NCBI GenBank assembly: GCA_963722385.1
Contig: CAVRKK010000002.1
Span: forward strand, 960,001-1,024,000
Length of the DNA stretch: 64,000 bases
Direction of reading: 5' to 3'
From: an uncultured bacterium
Lineage (GTDB): Bacteria > Babelota > Babeliae > Babelales > Babelaceae
This document shows positions 1-11,879 of this stretch, piece by piece. A program made the position numbers and the translations under genes. The notes under the pieces are model-generated. The model saw nothing but the letters and a program-made list of their open reading frames with translations, ran no database searches and was not told the origin of the DNA. The number at the start of each line of letters is the position of its first letter. The first letter of the stretch is position 1.

Positions 1-82
1 CTTCAGGGGCTTCCATGCCATAACACATGCTGAAAAAGCTTAGAAAGCAGAGCGAGCAAACAAGAGAGCCAACTTTGAACAA
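1..82 (-). CDS. 5' end of an exported protein (signal peptide followed by MEAPE), runs off the window
   Basis: Minus strand GGAGGAG SD, then TTG start at 82: MFKVGSLVCSLCFLSFFSMCYG-MEAPE. Confidence 0.6.
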   Translation of the reverse strand, partial: MFKVGSLVCSLCFLSFFSMCYGMEAPE

Positions 83-177
83 AAATATAGCTCCTCCGGA
101 AAGGTTTGAGTTATACCTGTAAAGTATTATGTTCTCGCAAAATTTGCAAAAATACCAAATCTTAAGACTGGTGAACG

Positions 178-717
178 ATGGTTAATAAAAGAAATGGGAA
201 TAAGCGTGTGGTATACACCATTGGTCACTCGACGCATACCCAGGAACAATTTATTGCTATTTTTAAGCATTACGGCATTAAGCAGGTCGTAGACATACGA
301 ACGATTCCTCGATCACGGCATAACCCACAGTTTAACCGCGATGTTTTGGGGCATGCGCTGCGCAATAAGCACATTGGTTATAGGCATATGAAAGGGCTGG
401 GGGGCCTGCGCCATACGTCATCCAATTCTCTTAATACAGCCTGGCGCAATAAGTCATTTCGAGGCTTTGCTGATTATATGCAAACACCAAAATTTGCTCA
501 AAGCTTAGAGAAACTTATCGATATCGCACATCGTAAGCCTACGGTAATCATGTGTGCCGAAGCAGTCCCCTGGCGCTGCCACCGGTCATTGATAGGTGAT
601 GCTCTCTTGGCCCATGGCATTGCTGTAATCGATATTTTTAGCGAGACTGAGGCAAAAGAGCATAAACTTACACCCTGGGCATCTATTAATAATCATAGGA
701 TTAGCTATCCCGGATAA
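178..717 (+). CDS. DUF488 family protein
   Basis: YTIGHS, VDIRTIPRSR, MCAEAVPWRCHR motifs. Confidence 0.9.
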   Translation: MVNKRNGNKRVVYTIGHSTHTQEQFIAIFKHYGIKQVVDIRTIPRSRHNPQFNRDVLGHALRNKHIGYRHMKGLGGLRHTSSNSLNTAWRNKSFRGFADYMQTPKFAQSLEKLIDIAHRKPTVIMCAEAVPWRCHRSLIGDALLAHGIAVIDIFSETEAKEHKLTPWASINNHRISYPG

Positions 718-725
718 AGCTGTAC

Positions 726-1814
726 TTAGGCAAGATGATGCGCATAAATTAAATAATTTTCTATAAAAGGCATCAGCTCCCCATCCAAAACAAGCTCTGG
801 CTGTGGTGATTCTAAATCAGTTCGATGGTCTTTGACCATTTTGTAGGGGTGCAGTATATAGGAGCGTATCTGGGATCCCCATTCTATATTTTTTTTCTCA
901 ATGGCAGCAACTTTTGCGTGAGCCTCTTCTTTTTGCTTTTGCTTGAGCTTGGCAAAAAGCATCTTCATAGCAGTTTCTTTATTCTGAAGCTGTGATCGTT
1001 CGCTTTGGCATTGTACAACAATATTGGTTGGTAAGTGGGTAATGCGTACTGCTGAATCTGTCTTGTTAACATGCTGACCGCCAGCACCACCAGCACGATA
1101 GGTATCAATGCGTAGGTCTTTAGAATCGATGGTCACTTCGCTTTCTTGCGCTTCAGGGATGACAAAAACGCCAGCAAACGAAGTATGGCGTCGCTTATTT
1201 GCATCAAAAGGTGATACGCGCACTAAGCGGTGAATGCCATGCTCGCCTTTGAGCAGCCCATATGCATTTTTGCCTTTAATAAAAAGGGTAGCTGATTTGA
1301 TACCCGCTTCCTCGCCCGGTTGGTAATCAACAACGTGAACATTCAGCTTTTCTTTTTCACAAAACCGTAGATACATGCGGACGAGCATCTCAGACCAATC
1401 TTGTGACTCGGTGCCACCTGCGCCGGCATTCACGCTGAGGAAACAGTTGTTGTCGTCCTGTGGGTCGTCTAACAAAAGCGTTATTTTGAACCGCTCAACC
1501 TGCTTACAATGATTGATTACCTCAGGTTTGAGCGTTGCAAGTTCTGCTTCGTCATCGCGAAATAAGTTTATAAGGTCAGCCAGATCAGCATGGGCTTTAA
1601 TAATCTCATGATAAACGTCCCTCACCTGGCGCTCTTTCTGCAAAGCTTTTAACGTTTGTGCATGTGCAGGCGTATAAACGGCGCCTTCTTTTGCTGCCAA
1701 GGCAGAAAGGCGTTGAAATTCCGCTTCATGGCCTGATTGAAGCCAAAATGACTTAATGGTCTCGAGAGCTGGTTCGATTTTTTTTAAATTTTCTAATAGT
1801 TCATCAAATAACAC
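726..1814 (-). CDS. prfB: Peptide chain release factor 2, continuous ORF
   Basis: GGTES, SPF tripeptide (RVSPFD), GGQ motif, WGSQIRSY. Confidence 0.97.
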   Translation of the reverse strand: MLFDELLENLKKIEPALETIKSFWLQSGHEAEFQRLSALAAKEGAVYTPAHAQTLKALQKERQVRDVYHEIIKAHADLADLINLFRDDEAELATLKPEVINHCKQVERFKITLLLDDPQDDNNCFLSVNAGAGGTESQDWSEMLVRMYLRFCEKEKLNVHVVDYQPGEEAGIKSATLFIKGKNAYGLLKGEHGIHRLVRVSPFDANKRRHTSFAGVFVIPEAQESEVTIDSKDLRIDTYRAGGAGGQHVNKTDSAVRITHLPTNIVVQCQSERSQLQNKETAMKMLFAKLKQKQKEEAHAKVAAIEKKNIEWGSQIRSYILHPYKMVKDHRTDLESPQPELVLDGELMPFIENYLIYAHHLA

Positions 1815-1929
1815 GTGTAAATCCTCATTATTTACTTATAAGATTACCCCTCGGGGGTTTTTTGTCAATTGGTAGCCTACCATTAACACTTTTGTTCTTG
1901 AGTAGGGAAGAATATACTTAAGAAAATAC

Positions 1930-2871
1930 ATGGGATGGAGGAAATTTGGGATGAAGATAAGAATACCAATTTTATGTTGCTTGTTCTTAATAGGCTTCCA
2001 AGATTTAGGTGCTGATAAGCAAGAAGATGCAAAAAAGCTCTATGTTGATTTTGATATCTCGATGGATAAGGGAAGTACTGAATATGAGAAAAAATTCGGA
2101 TCATCGAGGATCAACGCAGAAAAGCTTGAAATTTTAAAAAAGGTCTATGAAAAAAATAATCTTCTTCAGGTACTACCTCTCGAAGAGAAAAGTATGCATC
2201 CGAAGATTATTCATCAGATATGGGTTGGCTCTAAACCGCTTCCCGATAAGTACCGGAAGCTTATGGCGAGCTGGATTAAACATCATCCGGGGTGGCAGTA
2301 TAATCTTTGGACAAATAAGGACGTAGAAGGCCTCAAGCTCCATAACCACGCTTTATACAAAAGTACTCGTGATCCCATTGAAAAAGCGAATATTTTACGC
2401 TATGAGCTCCTCTACAAATATGGCGGCTTATATGTTGATATAGATACGAAGTGCTTAAAGTCGTTTAGTGCCCTGCGTGAACGCTATAATTTTTATACGG
2501 GTATATGCTCGACAGATTGTACGGCGATATTGAATAACGGCGTGATAGCATCTACTCCCGGTCATCCTATTATGCAACACTGCATTGAAACGATTATTGA
2601 TGATTGGCCAGGAGCCACCCGGTTTGAACGGACGGGAGTCCACCATTTTACCCGGTGCTTCTTTGATAAGCTCTTTGAGACACCAGGCGTAACGATTGCG
2701 CTCCCGGCTACCTATTTTTATCCTTTGAGTAAGTATTCGCATTATTCTTTGGCTTCTGCAAGCATAAGGCCAGAATCGTTTTCAATTCATTACTGGGCTA
2801 CCGTTTATAATGCGCGCAAATACACAATGAAAAAGCGAATCGATAAGCACAAGCGAAGAACTCATCGTTGA
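1930..2871 (+). CDS. Glycosyltransferase with DxD sugar-binding motif (GT32-like) and N-terminal signal peptide; start may be 1951
   Basis: PKIIHQIWVG, NILRYELLYKYGGLYVDID, IHYW. Confidence 0.88.
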   Translation: MGWRKFGMKIRIPILCCLFLIGFQDLGADKQEDAKKLYVDFDISMDKGSTEYEKKFGSSRINAEKLEILKKVYEKNNLLQVLPLEEKSMHPKIIHQIWVGSKPLPDKYRKLMASWIKHHPGWQYNLWTNKDVEGLKLHNHALYKSTRDPIEKANILRYELLYKYGGLYVDIDTKCLKSFSALRERYNFYTGICSTDCTAILNNGVIASTPGHPIMQHCIETIIDDWPGATRFERTGVHHFTRCFFDKLFETPGVTIALPATYFYPLSKYSHYSLASASIRPESFSIHYWATVYNARKYTMKKRIDKHKRRTHR

Positions 2872-2939
2872 TGCATGTGTTTTTTTTATAAATATGCTAT
2901 TATGAAAATATTGAGGGGCTAATACGCGATTGGGTTAGT

Positions 2940-3563
2940 ATGGTGATGCGAGGCAAACTTTTTATTATTTCGGGATCTTCAGGCGTTGGGAAGACAACGT
3001 TGGTAGGCACCCTTGTAGAAAGGGTAAAGCATGATTATTTATTGGAGCGCGTAATAACCTATACATCGCGCTGCCGGCGCCCCGATGAAATCGATGGGCG
3101 TGATTACCATTTTGTTACTCCTGATACATTTCATGCATACAATGAGCAGGGTTTTTTTATTGAATCGAGCACAGCATATGGTGCTTATTATGGCTCGCCT
3201 CACCATGAGCTTGATAAGCTTTCGGCCGGAATATCGCTCGTTATGATTGTGGATTTACAGGGTATGCATGAAATACAGGCACTGCATCCTGCTATTCCGA
3301 TTTGGCTAGCGCCACCGAGCATCGACGTGCTCGGAGACCGCTTATCAAAGCGAGGAGAGCGTGAGCAGCAGTCGCGCTTACAATTAGCTCATGAAGAGTT
3401 GGCCAAGGTGCAGAATAGTGGTCTCTTTAAACATATTATTATTAATGATGAGCAGAATAAAGCATTAGATGAACTGGAAGCTCTGATTCGTCATGAACTA
3501 GCCGCCAATATACCAATTCGAGATAAAATTGCTTTTCATGCTGAGCGTTTGCTCACCAAATAA
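2940..3563 (+). CDS. gmk: Guanylate kinase
   Basis: P-loop GSSGVGKTT, TSRCRRPDEIDGRDYHF, YYGS. Confidence 0.95.
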   Translation: MVMRGKLFIISGSSGVGKTTLVGTLVERVKHDYLLERVITYTSRCRRPDEIDGRDYHFVTPDTFHAYNEQGFFIESSTAYGAYYGSPHHELDKLSAGISLVMIVDLQGMHEIQALHPAIPIWLAPPSIDVLGDRLSKRGEREQQSRLQLAHEELAKVQNSGLFKHIIINDEQNKALDELEALIRHELAANIPIRDKIAFHAERLLTK

Positions 3564-3715
3564 AGTGGGCAATTATCGCCGCTATATATTTGTTAAGTGC
3601 TTTGCAGGTTTCGTGAATACATTGCGCTTATCGATTTTTCACGAACATCGCTAAAAACATATTCCTATTTAACGATAGTTGTTGTATATCGAGTATAAAT
3701 AAATGTTTTTATAGG

Positions 3716-4627
3716 TCAAGCGGAAGCGGCTGGTCTTAAATAATCATGGCAGGAAACATAATCGTATCCATCTTTTTGAAAGTCCCTGATATAATTAAGG
3801 TCTCCAATATTAGCCCATTTCAAAGGTCTACGTAATATATGCTCCTTGTTTTGAGGATCGCTGACAAAGTTAAAATAAATTTCATATTCTGAACAACCTG
3901 AGTGATAAAGATGCTTATGGTCAAGAGATCTACACATTGCTTTCCAAAGTTCTACGTTATGGCTTTCTTGGGCTTTTTGCATAATTTTTTCAATCACAGA
4001 GCGTTGGAAAATCATGTGATGACTAATACTTGAGTCATTAGGGTAAACCCAGCGTAGGCTCGGGAGTAATTTTTGCATATGTGCAAAATAGTTTGGGTTA
4101 TAGCCAGATACTCCTTTATTGTAAAGCGCTCTTCCTTGATTGTCGAAAAAAGATACCGGTTTCAAAAAAATGGTATCTGCATCCAAAATCAGCACGTTAG
4201 ATAAAATATCGGGAATGACCACCGGCGCATAGAGCTTGAGTATCTGTTGATAAAGCCACCCAATACGTGATTCTGGATGTGTAATATATGCTGTTGCCTG
4301 CTCTTTATTTTGGAATATCTCAATGGCCAGATCAAATTTAGTGAAGGGAAAATTTTTTTCATCGAACCATTCTGCTTGCTCAGTAAGTTGCCTATTTGAT
4401 AGAATAATGATACGCCGTACGCCTTGGCCATAGTTGCGAATCCCGTCGATACAGAGGCCTAGGGTAAGTAAATCTTTATCAGTACAAGGAATCACAACGT
4501 CAATTTGTTCACCGTTACTAACCAAAGACTCTTTTTCTCTGTCTCCATGTAATGATCTATCTTGAGTATAAAATATACAACTTGCTAAGAAGGTGTATGT
4601 TATCAACAAAAAAATACCTTTTCTCAT
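3716..4627 (-). CDS. GT-A fold protein (DUF6492-like), possible lipoprotein
   Basis: IDVVIPC, GWLYQQILKL, LILDADT, SEYEIY; LASC lipobox-like. Confidence 0.7.
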   Translation of the reverse strand: MRKGIFLLITYTFLASCIFYTQDRSLHGDREKESLVSNGEQIDVVIPCTDKDLLTLGLCIDGIRNYGQGVRRIIILSNRQLTEQAEWFDEKNFPFTKFDLAIEIFQNKEQATAYITHPESRIGWLYQQILKLYAPVVIPDILSNVLILDADTIFLKPVSFFDNQGRALYNKGVSGYNPNYFAHMQKLLPSLRWVYPNDSSISHHMIFQRSVIEKIMQKAQESHNVELWKAMCRSLDHKHLYHSGCSEYEIYFNFVSDPQNKEHILRRPLKWANIGDLNYIRDFQKDGYDYVSCHDYLRPAASA

Positions 4628-4816
4628 TTTTGCCCTCTTATGGTAGGTGCATTTATGAACACGTCTTGATCAAATAGACGGCGATCATATTATCAAAGTT
4701 TCTATCATTTTTATAGAGGCTTCCCTAGCTTATAGCCTCCATTTGCCCGTCATATGACTTTGCAATCCCACTGTTTTTTATGCTACTGATTATAAAGTTT
4801 GATATACTCATGTTGA

Positions 4817-6610
4817 TTGTATTTGAAGAATACGCGATTCGTGCTAAAAATGGGGTGTTCCGTGAAGTTGAAAGAGCTACTGTTATGTTTAACTATCTTA
4901 TTTATTTCGTGTTACCAATCGATTGCTCACGATATAGTGACCATTGCTATTATTCCAAGAAATGAGCCATATTCATTGCCTTTATATCTTGCTTGTATTG
5001 AAAACCAGACATGGCCGAAGGAGAAAACCTATCTTTATATACGCTCAACGCATGATAATGATGAAATAAAAACTATTCTTCGCACATGGATTGATGCGGT
5101 GAAGGATCAGTATCTTGGGATTCACTTTGATGATAGCGAGATCCCTGCAAACATAGATGATAGTGGATGGAATCAGGCCGTTTTTGATGCTCGCGCCCGT
5201 ATTAATCAAGAGTCCGTTAATTGGGCATATGAGCATCAATCCTCCTATTGTGTAGTCAGTGGTGCTCATTTTATAACGCCGTCGACAATTGAATCACTGA
5301 TGAGGTTGCAATTACCAATTGTTGCACCTTTGTTAAAAACCGAAACAAATATGTATTCAAATTACCATGCTGAGATCGATGTAAACGGGTATTATAAAGA
5401 TTGCCCTTTATATTACCAATTGTGGAATCAAGAAATTAAAGGGCTTATTGGGGTTCCTGTCGTACATAGTACCTATCTCATAAGACATGATATGTTGCCA
5501 CATATGTCATTTGCTGACAACAGCAATCGTTATGACTATGTTATTTTTAGTGATAATGCTCGCAAAAATAACATACCACAATACATCGATACACGCGAGG
5601 TGTATGGATGTATAATTTTTGCTCAAGATGGATATGCGTTTGCTAGCCAAGCCTCGAATTGTAATCTCAAAGGTCTTCGATCTGTTGCGGAAAGCATAAA
5701 TAAGCGCATTGAGAATACCGTCTTTTTGTTAAACATATTAGCACAAGAGCAATGTGCGAAAATTTACGCAAGCGATTTTTTTACTAACCATCCTGACGTT
5801 TTTGGCGAGGAAGAGTTCCTTAAAGAATATATTATGCAGTTTCCCTTTGAGCTCTATGAACTGCATAAGGTTACGAACCATGGCGATTTTTTTCTTGATA
5901 AAGGTGGCGATATAATCAAGCGAATCTTGAGACGGAATATTATTTGGGAACCGGTAAATGGTGAGCTTATAAAGAAATTTAGTCGGGAGGGATCTGTTGT
6001 TGTGGATATCGGCGCCCACATCGGCACTCACGTAATTTCTATGTCAAATTGTGTCGGTGCCCAAGGTAGCGTATGGGCATTTGAGCCTCAGCGAAAAATT
6101 TACCGAGAACTTGTGATGAATCTAGCGCTTAATAAACTGAACAATGTCAAAACAAAGCGATGTGCATTGGGCAATGAAACAAAAACTATTGCCATGTGTC
6201 CTGCAAGTCAGCCACTTTCCTCTAATGAAGGTTCCACCCATGTATGTACCGAGAGCACGGGCATAGAGCAAGATGTTGCAGAAATGAGAACACTCGACAG
6301 TTTCAACTTAACCAACGTTTCCTTTATGAAAATTGATGCCGAGGGTTCAGAGGATCAGGTGCTTGAAGGAGCACGGGAAACAATTATGCGTAATCGCCCG
6401 GTTATGATTATAGAGATTTGTGGTAATTTTGTTTTTGATCAAGCCCCTCCTGATATTAAGTGCAGGATACGAGCAACCAAAGGTAAGCTCAAAGCTATGG
6501 GCTACAACGTAACCCATATATCAGACGCTGATTACTTGGCGATCCCACGTGAAAAAGCATCAGAAATATTGGGAACGCTGGCTCAAATTTCTGAGCATAT
6601 CGTCGAATAG
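4817..6610 (+). CDS. Fusion of a procollagen galactosyltransferase-like GT domain and an FkbM-family methyltransferase; start may be GTG 4862
   Basis: N-half: IVAPLL, YSNYHA, GYY, VPVVHSTYLI; C-half: VDIGAHIG, AFEP, KIDAEG. Confidence 0.8.
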   Translation: MYLKNTRFVLKMGCSVKLKELLLCLTILFISCYQSIAHDIVTIAIIPRNEPYSLPLYLACIENQTWPKEKTYLYIRSTHDNDEIKTILRTWIDAVKDQYLGIHFDDSEIPANIDDSGWNQAVFDARARINQESVNWAYEHQSSYCVVSGAHFITPSTIESLMRLQLPIVAPLLKTETNMYSNYHAEIDVNGYYKDCPLYYQLWNQEIKGLIGVPVVHSTYLIRHDMLPHMSFADNSNRYDYVIFSDNARKNNIPQYIDTREVYGCIIFAQDGYAFASQASNCNLKGLRSVAESINKRIENTVFLLNILAQEQCAKIYASDFFTNHPDVFGEEEFLKEYIMQFPFELYELHKVTNHGDFFLDKGGDIIKRILRRNIIWEPVNGELIKKFSREGSVVVDIGAHIGTHVISMSNCVGAQGSVWAFEPQRKIYRELVMNLALNKLNNVKTKRCALGNETKTIAMCPASQPLSSNEGSTHVCTESTGIEQDVAEMRTLDSFNLTNVSFMKIDAEGSEDQVLEGARETIMRNRPVMIIEICGNFVFDQAPPDIKCRIRATKGKLKAMGYNVTHISDADYLAIPREKASEILGTLAQISEHIVE

Positions 6611-6760
6611 TTATGGCCAAAATGAGTGCCGCTAGCCGAATGAAGCTTCTCGGCGAGTCCGTCTTGCGCCAAAGCGCAGACTTTATGCACAATTCAAAAG
6701 AAATTATGGGATCTTATCATGTTGGTGATGCTTTAGAGAAGCACGGATAGCGGTTAAGAA

Positions 6761-7489
6761 ATGCGCAAGAAACAATTATTCTCGCTTTGCTTTGCTCTTG
6801 TTTGCCTAGCAGGAACTATTATCTTTAGATCAGTGGGCGATGCAGCCGTTCAGCTTGATGGCAACATTACAAAAATACTGTTTATTCGTCATGGGCAAAC
6901 AGATGGGAATATTGAGGAAAGAGTTGAGGGCAGTGGCTCAGATACACCGGTCAATGCCGTTGGCAAAGAGCAAGCGTATAAGGTTGCGCAGCTTTTAAAA
7001 CAACGAGGCGACAAAATTGACGCGCTGTATTCTTCAGACCTAAAGCGCGCTCGAGAAACGGCCAGTTTTATCGCCAAAGCGTTTTGGTTGCCGGTAATTC
7101 TTGACTCACTCCTGCGTGAAAGAAATATGGGCGATGCAGAGGGCATGCTTGAGAAAGATTTTGAAGCTCGGTACGCACCAGCTCAAGCTGCCCTAGCACA
7201 GCGTTATCCTGATCGATGGGAACGCTGGCATCATACGCCTATAAATCATGCTGAGACAAATGCTGAAGTGCTCAAGCGTATTGATCAGTTTATTAAAAAT
7301 ATCGTTAGAAAATATAGAGGCAAGACGGTTGCAGCAGTGACGCATGGCTTGGTGATCGGTATACTTATTGAACATCATACAGGATTAAGTGAGGATATTC
7401 GTAATTGCTCGATAGCGGAATTTTATTATGACCATACAACTAATTCTCTTATATTTAGGAGCATAACGAATATAGACAAGGTCACGTAA
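6761..7489 (+). CDS. Histidine phosphatase (phosphoglycerate mutase-like) family protein with N-terminal signal/anchor
   Basis: IRHGQT, SSDLKRARETA, LRE, VTHG, NCS. Confidence 0.9.
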   Translation: MRKKQLFSLCFALVCLAGTIIFRSVGDAAVQLDGNITKILFIRHGQTDGNIEERVEGSGSDTPVNAVGKEQAYKVAQLLKQRGDKIDALYSSDLKRARETASFIAKAFWLPVILDSLLRERNMGDAEGMLEKDFEARYAPAQAALAQRYPDRWERWHHTPINHAETNAEVLKRIDQFIKNIVRKYRGKTVAAVTHGLVIGILIEHHTGLSEDIRNCSIAEFYYDHTTNSLIFRSITNIDKVT

Positions 7490-7776
7490 ATTTTGGCTTC
7501 GATTCAATTTTAAGCATCGGGTGGGTATTTTTAAAAAACTCTTCTGGGTTAAATTGTTGAATTTGTGCTTGATCGAGTTGAAGCTCTTTGAGGTTGGTTA
7601 ATAATAAAAGTGGCTCTAGGCTAGCAAGAGGATTATCAAAAGCCTCGTAAGACCCCTTAAGATAGAATGTTAATAGGGATAAAATATCATATTAAAAACA
7701 AATAAGCAATAACACGAGATGGCGGCAAAAGTTTTGTTTCTAAGAGAATGTCGAGAATGTCAAAAGCAGCTTGTCG

Positions 7777-8682
7777 TTAAAAATACCAGCCGAGCAGCCC
7801 AAACCAGGTGAACTCTTGTGCTACACTATTGAACGATCCTATGAATCCTGTCTCAAGAGATAAAGCTCGTTGTGCATTATAATATGAATAGGTGGCATAG
7901 AGGGAGGTGTAATTTTCTGCTGGTATTTTGGTGCGCTGATCGAGAGACTTGAATAACTGACGGGTTATAAAGGTGGGATTATAGCCACATTCAAAATGAT
8001 GGCCATAAGAACGGTAATGAAGGAGTAAAAGAACATCAAGTACATTTCCTGGGTCATAAAATACTTGAGTAGTCTTGTCTTTGCGCGCAAATCCATGAAG
8101 CCAACGAGTGATAAAGCCACAAAAGAAGTCTGCTTCTTTCGACCTAATAAAATCATAGGCGAATTCTATGACAGGGCCAGCATGCAGTGTTCGGGTTCCC
8201 AGAAGAATTTGTTCGTCATGGGCGAGCTCCAAAAAAGTGGGGATACCAATCAGACCATGAATAAGAAGCTGGGCTTTCCCTTTTTTATCAAGCAGGAAAT
8301 TGTAGCCACCATCTATAAGAAAATCATCAAACCCAGAACGGGACTTTTTGACATGCTGCTTCCCTTGTTTAAGATGAAGACTTTCTTTGCCAGCGCCAGC
8401 GATAAATTCTACCCAGAGATGTTTATGGGTAAGCCTCAGGGAGCCAATCGAGCCCGCAAAGAAACGGTTTTCAAATCCTCCGGGCAGCCGCTTGTTAAAA
8501 GTGGTAATAATAGGCGATATCGAAACTTTGTCCGGAAAGCCGGGCGGCTCGGCATAATACTCATTGTGAAGATAAAGCTCATAAAGATAGGTGTCTGATA
8601 TGGCTTGACAGGCGAGGTTGAACCCTAGTATAAGCAAGCTTCCGCTGAGGTTTCGGTACAAATTTTTATTTTTTGTGTGCAT
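7777..8682 (-). CDS. Putative outer-membrane beta-barrel protein (paralogous family in this window)
   Basis: Signal peptide, amphipathic strands, C-terminal WYF; motifs shared with 16293 and 25531 ORFs. Confidence 0.6.
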   Translation of the reverse strand: MHTKNKNLYRNLSGSLLILGFNLACQAISDTYLYELYLHNEYYAEPPGFPDKVSISPIITTFNKRLPGGFENRFFAGSIGSLRLTHKHLWVEFIAGAGKESLHLKQGKQHVKKSRSGFDDFLIDGGYNFLLDKKGKAQLLIHGLIGIPTFLELAHDEQILLGTRTLHAGPVIEFAYDFIRSKEADFFCGFITRWLHGFARKDKTTQVFYDPGNVLDVLLLLHYRSYGHHFECGYNPTFITRQLFKSLDQRTKIPAENYTSLYATYSYYNAQRALSLETGFIGSFNSVAQEFTWFGLLGWYF

Positions 8683-8892
8683 TATTGTATCTATTACCTG
8701 AAAGAGATAATTAATATTGTACCATAGCAAAAAAAATCAGGCAGCGATATAAAATTTTGCTTTGTTAGCTTAGCAAACGATTGGAGGCTTACGGGTCAAT
8801 TTATAGCTGATGCTCCATCTGGACGAGCACTTACGTAAAAAAGAATTATTTTGTAAACTATAATTAGTTACTTTTTTAAACTGACTTTATTA

Positions 8893-9732
8893 ATGAGGGT
8901 TATCATGTTTTCCTACCACAAAACAACGTTGAAGCTTATATTGGCAGTTTCCTTTCTCGCCAATGCTGAAACTCTTTTGTTTGAAACCAAGCACGAGCTC
9001 AGTATGCCGGGTGGCTTGGTTGCGTCTTCTGATTTTGAGAATGATGAAGTAACGATGATTTATCAAAATGGTCAACGCGTTAGTTATCCTCTACCAGTAG
9101 TATCACATGGGCCTAGGGGAATTGCGGTATCCGCAGATGGGAGGAGTCTAGCGGTTGCTAATATGGGGACCAATGACATAACAGTCTTTCAACTAACCGA
9201 GGGCGGGATCTTGGCAGCACCGGTGTCATTTCCCGTAGATGGCGAAGCTCCGGTAGCGTTGGCATTTTCACCTGATGGCAAGTATCTCGTAAGTGCCAAC
9301 AATGGTTCCCGTAGTCTAACGATTTTCAACGTCATATATTCTTCATTGTTAGCTAATGGTCTTTCCTACTCAATGCCCGTTCATAGCCCACAGCCAGGGT
9401 GGCTGGAATTTTCGGCAGATGGGAAATCTCTTTTAGTTGCAGAAAGCGCTTATTCGGAGGAGTTTATAGAATTTGCTGTAAGCGATGGCAGGCTTGCTTA
9501 TCAAGATAAGCATATGGCTGTTGGTCAAACTTTTAATACTGATTTGCTTGTTGGCATGGAGAAGCCTCTTGATGCTCATGATAAGCTTGCAACGTATCTT
9601 CGCGAGAAATTTGAGATGTTGAGCTGGGAGCAACAGCTGGCTCTTACTGTCGGCGTTACATGCATGCTTGGGATAACCCTGCTACTTGGGTGCCGCGAAT
9701 GCATGAAGGTTGTTAAGCAAAAAACTGAATAA
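8893..9732 (+). CDS. Short beta-propeller repeat protein (lactonase-like) with signal peptide and C-terminal TM
   Basis: AFSPDG/SADG repeats resembling those of 30393..33737. Confidence 0.7.
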   Translation: MRVIMFSYHKTTLKLILAVSFLANAETLLFETKHELSMPGGLVASSDFENDEVTMIYQNGQRVSYPLPVVSHGPRGIAVSADGRSLAVANMGTNDITVFQLTEGGILAAPVSFPVDGEAPVALAFSPDGKYLVSANNGSRSLTIFNVIYSSLLANGLSYSMPVHSPQPGWLEFSADGKSLLVAESAYSEEFIEFAVSDGRLAYQDKHMAVGQTFNTDLLVGMEKPLDAHDKLATYLREKFEMLSWEQQLALTVGVTCMLGITLLLGCRECMKVVKQKTE

Positions 9733-9810
9733 AAATGAGGCCTATGATAAGTAAGCGGGAAAATTTCATGATTAAAATGGTGGAATCCTACAGGAAATCG
9801 GAAAAAACAG

Positions 9811-9838
9811 TTGACAAGTATAACTTGGTTGGTATAAT
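9811..9838 (+). promoter_or_regulatory. rrn P1 sigma70 promoter
   Basis: TTGACA-16 nt-TATAAT. Confidence 0.85.
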
Positions 9839-9888
9839 TATTATCAGTTGTTGAAATTCGAATTGGTAAGCCTAATATATAATTTTTG

Positions 9889-9916
9889 TTGACATCGTTT
9901 CTACGGTTGGTATAAT
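9889..9916 (+). promoter_or_regulatory. rrn P2 sigma70 promoter
   Basis: TTGACA-16 nt-TATAAT; shares GGTTGGTATAATTA with P1. Confidence 0.85.
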
Positions 9917-9942
9917 TAATATTAGTTCTTAAGATTTTTAAA

Positions 9943-9952
9943 TTCTTTGAAA
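9943..9952 (+). promoter_or_regulatory. boxA-like antitermination site (second copy near 11965-11976)
   Basis: TTCTTTGAAA in the leader and TGTTCTTTGAAA in the spacer before 23S. Confidence 0.6.
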
Positions 9953-10000
9953 TACACGAGAAAAAATTCGTCTACGATCTTGCGATCACTCACAATTTTT

Positions 10001-11540
<1,540 letters not shown>

Positions 11541-11643
11541 CGAGGGAGTAAAAGATCTACACTTTGGTGTGTGAATATAATTAGAGTGGAAAGCAAGGTC
11601 GTAGACATCTAAAGTTGTAACTAGTAATATAGGCTTAATGAGC

Positions 11644-11720
11644 GGGCCTATAGCTCAGGTGGTTAGAGCACCCCGCTGATAACGGGGAGGTCAGTCGTTC
11701 AAGTCGACTTAGGCCCACCA
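11644..11720 (+). tRNA. tRNA-Ile(GAT)
   Basis: Cloverleaf, anticodon loop CTGATAA, encoded CCA. Confidence 0.98.
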
Positions 11721-11803
11721 TACTTCGCTCTTGCTGAGCTTCGTATGGCAGGCCGGGCTTCCTTCTTGTCTGACATAGCTTTAGCAAAGTCAGAGATTTA
11801 AAA

Positions 11804-11879
11804 GGGGGTGTAGCTCAGTTGGTAGAGCGTCCGCTTTGCAAGCGGAAGGTCATCGGTTCGAATCCGATCATCTCCACCA
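11804..11879 (+). tRNA. tRNA-Ala(TGC)
   Basis: Cloverleaf, TTTGCAA loop, G3:U70, encoded CCA. Confidence 0.98.
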
